Shown: one piece after another, positions 44,509 through 55,399 of the stretch
How the letters are laid out: every line of letters begins with the position of its first letter
Numbering within the stretch: position 1 is the first letter of the stretch
Assembly: GCA_963750885.1 (NCBI GenBank)
Contig: CAVVSN010000024.1
Location: 294,542-358,541, forward strand
Direction of reading: 5' to 3'
Source: an uncultured Actinomycetota bacterium
Lineage (GTDB): Bacteria > Actinomycetota > Actinomycetes > Mycobacteriales > Mycobacteriaceae
Length of the DNA: 64,000 nt
Made by a program: the position numbers and the translations under genes
The notes under the pieces: generated by a model
Seen by the model: only the letters and a program-made list of their open reading frames with translations
What the model was told of the DNA's origin: nothing
The model's database searches: none

Positions 44509-44544
44509 CGTGTGCCGCCTGGCGCGGCGTGCCAACATGGGCCC

Positions 44545-45690
44545 ATGAACGACGACGAGGCAATGCTGGTCGCGACGGTGCGCGAGTTCGTCGATAAAGA
44601 GGTCAGGCCGACGGTGCGCGAAGTCGAGCATGCCAACGAGTATCCCGAAGCGTGGATCGAGCAGATGAAGCGCATCGGCATCTACGGGCTGGCCGTACCC
44701 GAGGAGTACGGCGGCACGCCGGTGTCGATGCCGTGCTACGTGCTGGTGACCCAGGAGTTGGCGCGCGGCTGGATGAGCCTGGCCGGCGCGATGGGCGGGC
44801 ACACGGTGGTGGCCAAGCTGCTGGCGCTGTTCGGCACCGACGAGCAGAAGCGGCGTTACCTGCCGCCGATGGCCACCGGTGAATTGCGCGCGACGATGGC
44901 GCTGACCGAGCCCGGCGGTGGCAGCGATCTGCAGAACATGTCGACCACCGCTGTCTCTCTGACGGTGAAGATCTCGTCGTCAACGGCTCGAAGACCTGGA
45001 TCTCCAACGCGCGCCGGTCCGGGCTGATCGCGCTGCTGTGCAAGACCGACCCGAAGGCGACGCCGCGCCATCAAGGCATCTCGATACTGCTCGCCGAGCA
45101 CGGCCCGGGGCTGACGGTGTCGCGGGATCTGCCCAAGCTGGGCTACAAGGGCGTCGAGAGCTGCGAGCTGTCGTTCGACGGCTACCGGGTGCCGCACTCG
45201 GCGATTCTCGGCGGCGATGCGGGCAAAGGCTTTTCGCAGATGATGAAAGGCCTTGAGACGGGCCGTATTCAGGTGGCGTCTCGCGCGTTGGGGGTGGCGA
45301 CCGCCGCCTTCGACGACGCGCTGGCCTACGCGCAGCAGCGGGAGAGCTTCGGTCAGCCGATCTGGAAACACCAGTCGGTCGGCAATTACCTGGCCGACAT
45401 GGCGACCAAGCTGACTGCGGCACGCCAGCTCACCCGCTATGCCGCCGAGAAGTTACGACAGCGGCGAGCGCTGCGACATGGAGGCCGGGATGGCCAAGCT
45501 GTTCGCCTCCGAGGTGGCGATGGAGATCGCGCTCAACGCCGTCCGGATCCACGGCGGCTACGGCTATTCCACCGAATACGACGTCGAGCGCTACTTCCGC
45601 GATGCGCCGCTGATGATCGTCGGTGAGGGCACCAACGAGATCCAGCGCAACGTGATTGCCGCGCAACTGGTGTCCCGCGGCGGGCTCTAG
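44545..45690 (+). CDS. fadE3: Acyl-CoA dehydrogenase (Rv0215c ortholog), indels
   Basis: ALTEPGGGSDL, KLGYKG, GEGTNEIQRN; synteny. Confidence 0.85.
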
Positions 45691-45703
45691 CGCGGGATCG
45701 CGG

Positions 45704-46645
45704 TCAGTCGCGGACCACGATCACGGTCTTACCGGGTCGCCGGCCGGACCGCTGCCCGCTCTCGAACGCCTCCCGTCCCTCGGCCAGGGGAAAGGTTGCG
45801 GCAATTTCGATGTGCAGTTGACCACGGTCGACGAGAGCGGCGAGCTCGCCAAGTTGCTCTCGATCAGGGGTCACCACGAAAAACATTGCGGTGACGTCAT
45901 ACTCGTCGGCTTCGCTGCGCCGGAATCGGCGCGGAAAGAGCAACAAACCGTCCACCGCCGCGAAGCGCCCGGAACAAATCTCTCGAGTTAGGGCCGCCGA
46001 CCGTATCGATCACCACGTCGTAGGCCGAATGGCTGTCGGCTAAAGCATCGCTTCGAATGTCGATTACTTTCCGCGCACCGAGATTTCTGACCAACTCGGC
46101 CGCGTCGCTACGCACCGTGGCGGTCACTCGGCACCAAGCTGCGCGGCAAGTTGCACCGCCAATGCCCCCACCCCGCCCGCTCCCCCGGTCACCAGGACGC
46201 GCTCCCCGTGCAGCACCCCGGCGTGGTCGACAAGGGCCTGCCATGCGGTGAGTCCCGCAAGCGGTAGCGCAGCGGCGACGGTGTGCGAGACGCCGGACGG
46301 CTTGGCGGCCAGATCCTGCGCGGGCACAGCCACATAGTCAGCGGCACCACCGTCGCGATCGAACCGGATCAGGCCGTAGACATGGTCGCCTGCCGTAAAA
46401 TACCGTGTGCCAGAGCCATTTTCGACGACCACTCCGGAGATCTCGTGCGACGGAATGACCGGTGTCCGGCTGACGCCGTCGCGCGTCCACGTCTCTTCCC
46501 AGGTGAGTTCATCGAAAGTGATCGCCGCCGCGTGCACCGCGACCAAGACCTCGCCGGCGGCCGGCACCGGTATCGGCGCGGTTTCGACGGCGAGCACTTC
46601 CGGCCCGCCGCGTCGGTGCGCCCGCAGTGCGGTCATCTGGCTCAT
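45704..46645 (-). CDS. NADP-dependent quinone oxidoreductase (MDR family), frameshifted
   Basis: IPSHEISG, LAGLTAWQAL, GGAGGVG, GKTVI. Confidence 0.8.
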
Positions 46646-46742
46646 TCGCTTCTCCGCTCACAGGACGGTGATCCTTCGTAGTTCGAGCATGGACGCAATT
46701 GGCTTGCCTCGAAGGTCTGTGACCCGGCTCGCGCTGTCCGCG

Positions 46743-47688
46743 TCAACTCACCGCGTCGACCAGGCCCCAGGCCAGCGCGGTATCGGTGTCCAACGTACGG
46801 CCGCTCAGCACCAAATAGGCTGTGCGCCAACGGCCTATCCGCCGGGTCACACTGACCGTGCCGCCGGCGCCGGGTATCAGCCCCAGACTCAGTTCGGGCA
46901 GCCCGAACACCGCATCGGCGGCGGCTTCGATGCGACCGCAGAATGCGGCCATCTCCAATCCGCTGCCGAGCACTTGGCCGTGCACTTCAGCACGGCATGC
47001 CGCACCGAGTCGGGCGGTTGACCGCGTCCAGCGCCAGCGCCGGGCTGTAGCGGGTGCGGGCCAGATGCGCGCTGGCCGGGTCGGCGAATGTGCCGAATTC
47101 GTCGAGGTCGCCGCCACTGCAGAAAGACGGTCCGTTTCCGGTCAGCACCACCTGGTCGACCGACGAATCCAGTTGCGCCACAGCCAAAGCCTCGAGCAGT
47201 GCGGCGCGAGCGTCGGTGGAAAAGGCGTTGTGCCGCTGCGGGCGGTTGAAGGCGATGTGCAAGGTGTCGCCGTCGCGGTGGGCCTGAACCGGGTCGGCGA
47301 TGTCGGGCATGGTGGCCGGACCGCGGGCGGCCAGCCAGCGGGCGAATTCAGGGCCGGCTTGCAGGGCGGAGTAGGCCAGTGACTCCGTCACCACCCCGGG
47401 CAACGCCGCGCCCGCCGGATCCACGGAGCGCAGCACGTCGTCACACGTCGCGGCCGCAATCGGCCACTGCTGAACCCGCGCGGTCAGCTCGGCAACCGCC
47501 GTGTCGATCGATGCGACAGTGATCGCCCGGCGATCGTCGGCGTGGTCTTCGGTGAGGGTGAATGTTGCGTTCTGCAGCCAGAATTCGGAGTCATCCTGCA
47601 ATGACCCGACCGCTACGACCGGGTCGCCGAGCAGAGCAGGGTCGACCTGGAAGTCAGGCTTCGAGACATCGACAACGCGCAGGGTCAC
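46743..47688 (-). CDS. Enoyl-CoA hydratase/isomerase family protein, frameshifted
   Basis: NRPQRHNA, FCSGGDL, LPELSLGLIPGAGG; overlaps the fadD4 stop. Confidence 0.82.
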
Positions 47689-49226
47689 ATCGAATACTTC
47701 TTGACCAGTTCGTGTTTGAACATCTTCCCGGTGTCGGTCCGCGGCAACTGCGCTTCGAACGATATCGACTTCGGACACTTGTAGTGCGCCAGTCGCTCGC
47801 GCAGCCACACCAGCAACTCGTCGGCGAAATCGCCGGTCGCGTCGGCCGGGTCGACGGTCTGCACCGCAGCTTTCACGCTCTGGCCCATCTCATCGTCGGG
47901 AATCCCGAATACCGCGGCGTCAAGCACTTTTGGATGGGTGACGAGCAGGTTCTCGGCTTCCTGCGGATAGATGTTCACGCCGCCGGAAATGATCATGTGG
48001 TGGCGACGGTCGGTCAGGAACAGGTAGCCCTCTTCGTCGACGTGGCCAACGTCGCCCACCGTGCTCCAGCCATGTCGATCGCGGGAAGCGGCCGTCTTCT
48101 CCGAGTCGTTGAGATATTCGAAGGAAAAGCCGCCCTCGAAATAAATTTCGCCGGACTGGCCGGGCGGCAACTCGTTGCCGTCTTCGTCGAGGATGTGCAG
48201 TTGGCAGTTCATCGGCTTGCCCACCGAACCGGGGTGGGCGAGCCACTCGTCCGCGCTGATCAGTGTCGAACCGATAGCCTCCGAAGAGGCGTAGTACTCG
48301 TCGACGATCGGCCCCCACCAGTCGATCATCTGCTTCTTGATCTCGACCGGACAAGGCGCGGCGGCGTGCATCACTCGTTCCAGGCTGGACAGGTCGAACG
48401 AGTTGCGCTTTGCTTCAGGCAGTTTCAGCATCCGGGTGAACATGACCGGCACGAACTGGCCGTGCGTGACGCGGTGGCGCTGGATGGCATCCAGACAACC
48501 TTCGGGGTCGAACTTCTCCAGGACCACCGTGGTGATGCCGCCGGCCTGCACCGTCATCGACCACACCGACGGCGCGGTGTGATAGAGCGGCGCCGGGCTG
48601 AGATAGACGGCATCCGGGTGCATCCAGAAGCCGACCAGAGCCGACATCATGCCCGGCGCGTCGGCGGGCGAGACGTGTGGCAGCGCCCGTTTGATTCCCT
48701 TCGGCCGGCCGGTCGTTCCCGACGAGTACTGCAGCAGATCGCCTTCGATCTCATCGGCGATCGGGGTATCCGGCTGGCCGGCAACACATTCGGGATACCG
48801 CTGCCAGCCGTCGAGGTCGGCGTCCCCTTCGCCGGAGGCGAGCAACAGCGAAGCGGGCAGACCGTTCGGCAGGTGCTCGGCGAGGTTCTCACACGTCTTG
48901 CGCAGTGCGGCCGACCCGACGATCGCCTTGGCGGCGCTGTTGTCGATGATGTACGCCGCTTCGGGCGCGGTCAGGTGCGTGTTGATCGGCACGTAGTACA
49001 GGCCGGCGCGTCGAGCCGCCCACATGACGGCGTGGATGTGCTCGTTGTTCTCCATCAGGATCGCAACCGCGTCGCCTTCAACCAGGCCGGCGTGCCGGAA
49101 GTAATGCGCCAGCCGATTGGCCCGGGCTTCCAGTTCGTCGAACGTGATCACCGTGCCGGACGGGTGAAGAATGACGGCGGGCCTGTTGGTCCCACCCTGC
49201 CCGGAGGTGTGCTGGCGAATCTGCAT
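47685..49226 (-). CDS. fadD4: Acyl-CoA ligase (Rv0214 ortholog)
   Basis: YSSGTTGRPKG, YYASSE, GGVNIYPQE, PRTDTGK; synteny. Confidence 0.9.
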   Translation of the reverse strand: MQIRQHTSGQGGTNRPAVILHPSGTVITFDELEARANRLAHYFRHAGLVEGDAVAILMENNEHIHAVMWAARRAGLYYVPINTHLTAPEAAYIIDNSAAKAIVGSAALRKTCENLAEHLPNGLPASLLLASGEGDADLDGWQRYPECVAGQPDTPIADEIEGDLLQYSSGTTGRPKGIKRALPHVSPADAPGMMSALVGFWMHPDAVYLSPAPLYHTAPSVWSMTVQAGGITTVVLEKFDPEGCLDAIQRHRVTHGQFVPVMFTRMLKLPEAKRNSFDLSSLERVMHAAAPCPVEIKKQMIDWWGPIVDEYYASSEAIGSTLISADEWLAHPGSVGKPMNCQLHILDEDGNELPPGQSGEIYFEGGFSFEYLNDSEKTAASRDRHGWSTVGDVGHVDEEGYLFLTDRRHHMIISGGVNIYPQEAENLLVTHPKVLDAAVFGIPDDEMGQSVKAAVQTVDPADATGDFADELLVWLRERLAHYKCPKSISFEAQLPRTDTGKMFKHELVKKYSM

Positions 49227-49250
49227 GGGCAGACTGTACCGCCGGAAAAA

Positions 49251-49264
49251 TTGACAGCTGTCAA
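49251..49264. promoter_or_regulatory. Perfect palindrome TTGACAGCTGTCAA, operator candidate for the fadD4 operon
   Basis: 14-bp perfect palindrome 24 nt upstream of the fadD4 ATG. Confidence 0.6.
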
Positions 49265-49286
49265 GAGGGCGTGATCTACCCGCTGA

Positions 49287-50570
49287 CTACGGCGAATGCA
49301 CCTGTTCGGGCTGCGGATGAGGGTGCCCGCCGTGCCGCTTGGCCCGACCCCCGAACGGTGCCGCCAGCGTCGGCAGCAGCTCGCGCCGATAGCGGATCAG
49401 GGCCCCCAGCGCTATCACCGCGTACACGCCACTGAGCGCCAGGCGGCCCTCGGTCGAGGTGAGCGGGAACTGCACGACGAACAGGCCGAGCAGTGCCCAG
49501 GCCGTCCAGCGCTGGAACCGTAGGCCGAGCAACAGCGTCACGCCCATCAATGTCTGCGCGGCGGTCAACACGATCTCCTCGATCTGACGGCCGTCCAAAT
49601 GCATTGCGGCGCTTCCCCCGCCGAGCATGTATGCCACCGGCAACGATCCGATGAGCAGCGTCCACTGGTTGACCTTCGCCGAGATCAGCGTCGCGATCGC
49701 GGCGTCACCCTTGCCCCTGGCAGCGAAGATGGTCGCGATGATGAATTCCGGCGCCTCCGACGCCAACGGAGCCAGCCACTGCACCAACAGGAACCGGTCG
49801 ATGCCCAATTGCGTACCAGCGCCGATCAGGTTGTCGGCGAACGGTTTTGCACACGTCACGATGACCGCGGCGGCGAAAAGGAACAGTGCGGCCACCGTGA
49901 TGCGGCGGGTGCGGTCGGGCAAAGCGCCCAGCGCTGCGGCGGTGCCGACCAGCTCGGGTTCTTCGACCTCGCCGCGAGTCAGCTTGAACAGGTAATAGCC
50001 GAACCAGCCCAGCAGGGCCAACCCGAACCCGATGTGGATGCGGCCGGTCGCGGGGATGGCGAATACGGCGACCCCGGCGATCATCAGGAAGCCGATCTCT
50101 ACCCGGTTGCTCGGTTCGAGCTGCAACCCGTCGAGCTTGCGGCCGGATGTCCGGCGGGCCACCAGCACGCTGACCAGAACCACGACCGGCCAGCCGAGGC
50201 CCATCAACAGCCGATTCGAGCCGGTCATGTTCGCCGCCGCGTACTGGGTGTACTCGGGCAGGTGGCCGGCGGTGTAGGCGTAATACAGGTCGACGGCGTA
50301 CTCGGGCAGGACGGCGATCACGGCCAGGACCGCGACGGCCAGGCTGCCTGACACATCGACCTGGGCGGCTTCCGCGGCCCACGCCAGCACGAAACTGGCG
50401 CCTACCACGGCGCCGCCGTAGGCGATCAGGCCAACAATGGGATCGAGTTGAATACCGAGGACGCGGAGCACCAGAGCCGGGCAGATAACGGCACTGACGA
50501 TGGCAAATGAGCGGAGCAACGTCCGTGACCGGTCACGTGACCCCGTTACAGCGCCCGTGATTGGTGTCAC
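49287..50570 (-). CDS. Ca2+/cation antiporter (CaCA family)
   Basis: Alpha-1 repeat LPEY...ANMTGSN and alpha-2 repeat LASEAPEF; about 11 TMs. Confidence 0.8.
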   Translation of the reverse strand: MTPITGAVTGSRDRSRTLLRSFAIVSAVICPALVLRVLGIQLDPIVGLIAYGGAVVGASFVLAWAAEAAQVDVSGSLAVAVLAVIAVLPEYAVDLYYAYTAGHLPEYTQYAAANMTGSNRLLMGLGWPVVVLVSVLVARRTSGRKLDGLQLEPSNRVEIGFLMIAGVAVFAIPATGRIHIGFGLALLGWFGYYLFKLTRGEVEEPELVGTAAALGALPDRTRRITVAALFLFAAAVIVTCAKPFADNLIGAGTQLGIDRFLLVQWLAPLASEAPEFIIATIFAARGKGDAAIATLISAKVNQWTLLIGSLPVAYMLGGGSAAMHLDGRQIEEIVLTAAQTLMGVTLLLGLRFQRWTAWALLGLFVVQFPLTSTEGRLALSGVYAVIALGALIRYRRELLPTLAAPFGGRAKRHGGHPHPQPEQVHSP

Positions 50571-50729
50571 GTCGCTAAGGTACCCGGTGACAACCCATCC
50601 AGCAACCTAGCTAAGCTACCGACTGGATCCGGCGCGCTGATCAAATTAGCTGGTCAGCAGGGTCGCAACCGAGAGTTCGGCTCGCCGATTTCTCAGTTAT
50701 GGCAACCCTGCTATTCCAGCGAGAAGGGC

Positions 50730-52559
50730 TTAGTCGGACTCGGCCAAGCGCTGCTTGAGCGCTTCGAACTCGTCCCGGACGCCGGTCGGCAGCTTGTCGC
50801 CGACGAACTCGAACCACTCCTCGATCAGCGGCAGTTCCTGGCGCCACTCGCTGGCGTTGACCGCGAGCGCCTTCTCCACATCGGCGGCGTCGATGTCCAA
50901 CCCGTCCAGATCGAGATCCGCGGCAGTGGGGACGACGCCGATCGGCGTCTCGTGTCCGCCGGACTTGTGCTCGATGCGGTCGACGACCCACTTCAGCACG
51001 CGACTGTTCTCGCCGAAGCCTGGCCAGAGGAACTTGCCGCCGTCGCCGCGACGGAACCAGTTGACGAAAAAGACCTTCGGCAGCTTGGACTCGTCGGAGT
51101 TCTTGCCGAGGTCGATCCAGTGCTGGAAGTAGTCGCCGACGTTGTAGCCCAGGAACGGCAGCATGGCCATCGGATCGCGGCGCACGTCGCCGACCTTGCC
51201 CTCAGCGGCTGCGGTCTGCTCGCTGCCCATGGTGGCGCCCATGAACACGCCGTGCTGCCAGTCGCGCGCCTCGGTCACCAGCGGCACGGTGGTCTTACGG
51301 CGGGCACCGAACAGGATGCCCGAGATCGGCACGCCCTGCGGGTCGTCCCACTCCGGCGCGAGGATCGGGCACTGCGACATCGGGGTGCAGTATCGCGAGT
51401 TCGGGTGCGCGGCTTTGGTCTCCGTCTCGCGAAGATCCCAGTCGTTGCCCTTCCAGTCGATCAGGTGGTCAGGCTCGCCCTCGAGCCCCTCCCACCACAC
51501 ATCGCCGTCGTCGGTGAGCGCGACGTTGGTGAAGACGGTGTTGCCGCCCTCGATCGTGCGCATCGCGTTCGGGTTGGACTTCCAGTTGGTGCCAGGCGCG
51601 ACCCCGAAGAAGCCGAACTCCGGGTTGACCGCGTACAGCCGGCCGTCCTCGCCGAACCGCATCCAGGCGATGTCGTCACCGAGGGTCTCGGCACGCCAGC
51701 CCGGGATCGTGGGTTGAAGCATCGCGAGGTTGGTCTTGCCGCACGCCGACGGGAACGCCGCGGCGAAGTAGTACGCCTTGTTCTCCGGCGAGATCAGCTT
51801 CAGGATCAGCATGTGCTCGGCGAGCCAGCCCTCGTCGTGGGCCATCGCCGAGGCGATCCGCAGTGAATAACATTTCTTGCCCAGCAAGGCATTTCCGCCG
51901 TAACCGGATCCGAAGCTCCAGATTTCGCGGGTCTCCGGAAAGTGCGTGATGTATTTCGTGTCATTGCACGGCCACGGCACGTCTTTTTGCCCGGGCTCCA
52001 GCGGAGCGCCGATCGAATGCAGTGCCTTCACGAAAAAGCCGTCGTCTCCCAGCTTGTCCAGCGCGGCCTTGCCCATCCGGGTCATCACCTTCATCGAGGC
52101 GACGACGTATTCGGAGTCGGTGATCTCCACCCCGAGCTTCGGGTCGTCGGCGCCGAGGGGGCCCATGCAGAACGGGACAACCCACATGGTGCGCCCGCGC
52201 ATGCAGCCGCGATACAGCTCGGTCATGGTGGCCCGCATCTCGGCGGGCGGCTTCCAGTTGTTCGTGGGGCCGGCGTCGACCTCGCGCTCGGAGCAGATGA
52301 AGGTCCGCGACTCGACCCGCGCGACGTCGGACGGGTCCGACAGCGCCAGGTAGGAGTTCTTGTGCTTCTTCTCGTTGAGCTTGGTGAAGGTGCCGGCTTC
52401 GACCAGTTGGTCGGCGAGGCGCTGGTACTCCTCTTCGGAACCGTCAGCGAAGACCACCCGGTCCGGCTGCGTCAGCTCGGCAACCTCCTCGATCCAGGCC
52501 AACAGCTCCTGGTGTTTCGTCGGGGCGGTATCCAAACCGGGAATCGTCGCTGAAGTCAT
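50730..52559 (-). CDS. pckA: GTP-dependent phosphoenolpyruvate carboxykinase (Rv0211 ortholog)
   Basis: [47 protein letters not shown]. Confidence 0.96.
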   Translation of the reverse strand: MTSATIPGLDTAPTKHQELLAWIEEVAELTQPDRVVFADGSEEEYQRLADQLVEAGTFTKLNEKKHKNSYLALSDPSDVARVESRTFICSEREVDAGPTNNWKPPAEMRATMTELYRGCMRGRTMWVVPFCMGPLGADDPKLGVEITDSEYVVASMKVMTRMGKAALDKLGDDGFFVKALHSIGAPLEPGQKDVPWPCNDTKYITHFPETREIWSFGSGYGGNALLGKKCYSLRIASAMAHDEGWLAEHMLILKLISPENKAYYFAAAFPSACGKTNLAMLQPTIPGWRAETLGDDIAWMRFGEDGRLYAVNPEFGFFGVAPGTNWKSNPNAMRTIEGGNTVFTNVALTDDGDVWWEGLEGEPDHLIDWKGNDWDLRETETKAAHPNSRYCTPMSQCPILAPEWDDPQGVPISGILFGARRKTTVPLVTEARDWQHGVFMGATMGSEQTAAAEGKVGDVRRDPMAMLPFLGYNVGDYFQHWIDLGKNSDESKLPKVFFVNWFRRGDGGKFLWPGFGENSRVLKWVVDRIEHKSGGHETPIGVVPTAADLDLDGLDIDAADVEKALAVNASEWRQELPLIEEWFEFVGDKLPTGVRDEFEALKQRLAESD

Positions 52560-52683
52560 GGGAATCTCCTGCTGTCGCGTTGCACGTGTTGCGCGGCTAG
52601 GTGGCGGCGGCTTCACCACAGGTTATCGCGAGCGGTATACCCATAAAAAGTCGAGGCTGTATTGGTTAACTCACAGGAACGAT

Positions 52684-54255
52684 TCAGAACACGTTATCGG
52701 TGGTATTTGTCGCCGCATTTTGGTCGATCTGCTCACCTTCGGCCCCATCAGCCACCGACAACTCGGACTCGGCGCCTGCGTCGTCGGACGCCGTTTCGCC
52801 CCCGTCGGCCGGTTCAGGCTCGCCGAGTTCGGCCCGCACCGCCGCGAGGGCGGCCTGCAATGTCGGCATCTCCTTGCCGCGCAGCGCCGCGGCCCGCGCC
52901 CCTACGACGGAATGCTCCCGCAGCTCGGTGTCGATGACGCTGACCTGCCCGGCCACCCGCGTGCTCTCGCCTTCGTCCTGCTCACTGAGCGCGGCTGTGA
53001 GCGACGACTCGGCGGCCAGCACCCGGGTCGCCACCAGCTGCTCTGCGGCGGACTGCACCAGCGCGGTGGATTCGCCGGCCCATCGGTCCAGCAAGGCCCG
53101 GTCGCGAAGTAGCCCGCGAATCCCGACCACCCAGACGGTGAGCGCCAGTCCGATCGCCGCGCACGCGACGGCCCCGGCCACCGTGAGCCCGGGGGTCAGG
53201 TCGGCCAGCAGCCGGCTCAGGGTCAGCGCCACACCCAGCCCGAAGCCGGCGCCCACCAGCATCATCAGCCGGGTCTCCAGCTTTCGCGACTTCAGCGCAG
53301 CCGCCGGCAGGTCCACCGTCGGCAACGGCGCGGCGGCGGGCGGTTCGATCGCCAGGCCCAGGGTCTGCGCGACCTCGGCCAGATGCGTGGTCGTGCCGTC
53401 ATCCACTTCGGCGATGACGTCCTTGAGCCGGGCACCCGCCTGCGACTCGAACTCCGTCAGCTTGCCGCGGCTCAGACTTGCGGCGTCTTCCTGAAGCTCC
53501 GAACGCACCGAGGCGCAGCGATTGCGGGCGAAGTAGGACAGTTGCACCCGGGCCTGCTGGGTTTGACTGCGCAGCGCGATCGTCCGCTCGGACTTGGACA
53601 GCCGTCGCTGCCGCAGGATCTCGCCGCGCTGCTCCCGCAATGCCTCGACCCGCGCTCGGCGGCCCGCGCCATCGGCGTCGCGATCGTATCGGTCGGCGAC
53701 GGCCTGTAGCCGGGAACTCCACGCCCGCAACCTATTTCGCCGAGCGAGCTCGGCATTGTCCAGGTGGGCGGACAACGCCGCAGCCAGGTCGTCGATGCGC
53801 GGCTCGCCCTCCTCGGGCGCGGCGGCGACACCGACCCACTGCACGTCGCGGTAGCGCGGCGCGTGCGCCGCCAACATCTCTCGGTTGCCGGCCAGAACGT
53901 CTTCCCAGTTCTGATGCACGTCGATCTTGGACACCACGCCGATCACCGCGTCCGTCTCGGCGGTCGCCGCGTCGAGCAGCGCACAGTCGGATGCCGTCAA
54001 CGCGGCGGCGGCCGAGACGACGAACACCACTGCTAACGGCGCCTCGCCGATCTGCAGGTCCGTCGACTCGATGAATGTCTGCTTCGGCAGCCGCTCGCTG
54101 AGCGCTGCGACCACGCCGGTCACCCCGGCCAGCCACGGCCCGGTCACCAGCACGTCGTCTCGGCGCTCGGTGCCCGGCGTACCGAGCTGCGGGCCGATCG
54201 CCGTCACCATGGCGTCCACTTCGGCAACCACAGCCTTGTCCTTCTTGCCGCTCAC
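52684..54255 (-). CDS. Conserved protein (Rv0210 ortholog): degenerate GTPase-like N-terminus, coiled coil, TM hairpin
   Basis: VLVTGPWLAG, VVSKID, SERTIALRS; synteny. Confidence 0.8.
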   Translation of the reverse strand: MSGKKDKAVVAEVDAMVTAIGPQLGTPGTERRDDVLVTGPWLAGVTGVVAALSERLPKQTFIESTDLQIGEAPLAVVFVVSAAAALTASDCALLDAATAETDAVIGVVSKIDVHQNWEDVLAGNREMLAAHAPRYRDVQWVGVAAAPEEGEPRIDDLAAALSAHLDNAELARRNRLRAWSSRLQAVADRYDRDADGAGRRARVEALREQRGEILRQRRLSKSERTIALRSQTQQARVQLSYFARNRCASVRSELQEDAASLSRGKLTEFESQAGARLKDVIAEVDDGTTTHLAEVAQTLGLAIEPPAAAPLPTVDLPAAALKSRKLETRLMMLVGAGFGLGVALTLSRLLADLTPGLTVAGAVACAAIGLALTVWVVGIRGLLRDRALLDRWAGESTALVQSAAEQLVATRVLAAESSLTAALSEQDEGESTRVAGQVSVIDTELREHSVVGARAAALRGKEMPTLQAALAAVRAELGEPEPADGGETASDDAGAESELSVADGAEGEQIDQNAATNTTDNVF

Positions 54256-55217
54256 ACCGATCCTCCGACCATCGACCACAGCCGCAGCGAGCCGCGGACG
54301 ATGTCCGCGGTGCACGCCCGCTCGGTATCTCCGACCGGTCCACGGCGGTAGCTCTGCCAGTGCATCGCGCGACGCAGGTGCGCCGCCGCGGTTTCGTCAC
54401 GATCAACGGTGATGCCGACCGCCTCGACCACCTCGAAAGCGGCCATCATCCGGGCGACCACGGTGTCGTCGTGCGCCAGGAACTCGCTGATCCGCCGGTC
54501 GGTTACGGCGATCGTCTCCAACTCGGCCACGGCATCCAGCACCCGCTGGTAGCGCGATTCTGCGCCGAGGATCTTGACCTTGGCGACGATGTCGTCGATG
54601 CCGCTCAACCCGCGCAGCAGGGCGTCGACGTCCCTGCGGGTGGCTCCGCGACGGATCGCGGCGATCGCCTGCCGGATGCCGAAGGCGTCGAGGGTGACCA
54701 TCAACCGGCCGCGGACAGCGGCGTCGACGGAGTGCCCGCCGGCCAGCGCCTGCAGCCCGCGCCAGGACGCGTCGTCCAGCGCAGCGCCGGCGAGGATGCC
54801 GATCAGCGGCTCGACGGGCACCCCGGCACGGGCTGACAGCTGCGCGCACCGGGTTCTGGCCGCGGCGGTCGGGCCGTCGGGGTGACGACCGGGGGCGGTG
54901 GTCGCGACCAGGTCGGCCTTGTTCAATACCGCCAGCACCGGCCGCCCGGCCGCCTCGACGGCGGCGCGATCCTCGGGTTTGACCGCATCGGCCAGCACGA
55001 GGACGTTCACGTCGGCGTCCGCAAGGCGCGTCACTGCCAGGTCGGAATACGCAAGCGCGTGCGCGACGGTGCTGCGGCCGACGCCACGGCATCCGCTGAC
55101 GGCCACCCGTAACGGGGTGGCGAGCCGCTTCGCGATCGCGGCGCAGCGCGGGTCGGAGACCGCGTCCGCAAACCGCTCCAGCTCTTCGACGAAAATTCGG
55201 ATGCCCCTATCCGCTCA
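54252..55217 (-). CDS. Conserved protein (Rv0209 ortholog); 5' end uncertain or disrupted
   Basis: IFVEELERFA...LRVAVSGCRGVGRST, VLNKAD, ADIVRGSLRLW. Confidence 0.75.
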
Positions 55218-55399
55218 GGTCGCCTTGCAGGTGCTGCTAACCGCTCATTGTGGCCGAGTAAATGCCGATCGCGACGTAGGACCACGGGGTTTTCGGTCGA
55301 ATGGTGACATTTACACCGCCGGGAAGCGAGTCACCCGATACCAGGCAAAGGCAACTGTTGGGTATCAATCTGCCCCGCGGGGGGCGACATGATGGGTTC

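Noticed and set aside
50575-50729. Possible metal-sensing riboswitch upstream of the cation antiporter
   Set aside because: I could not recognise yybP-ykoY or M-box consensus elements by eye.
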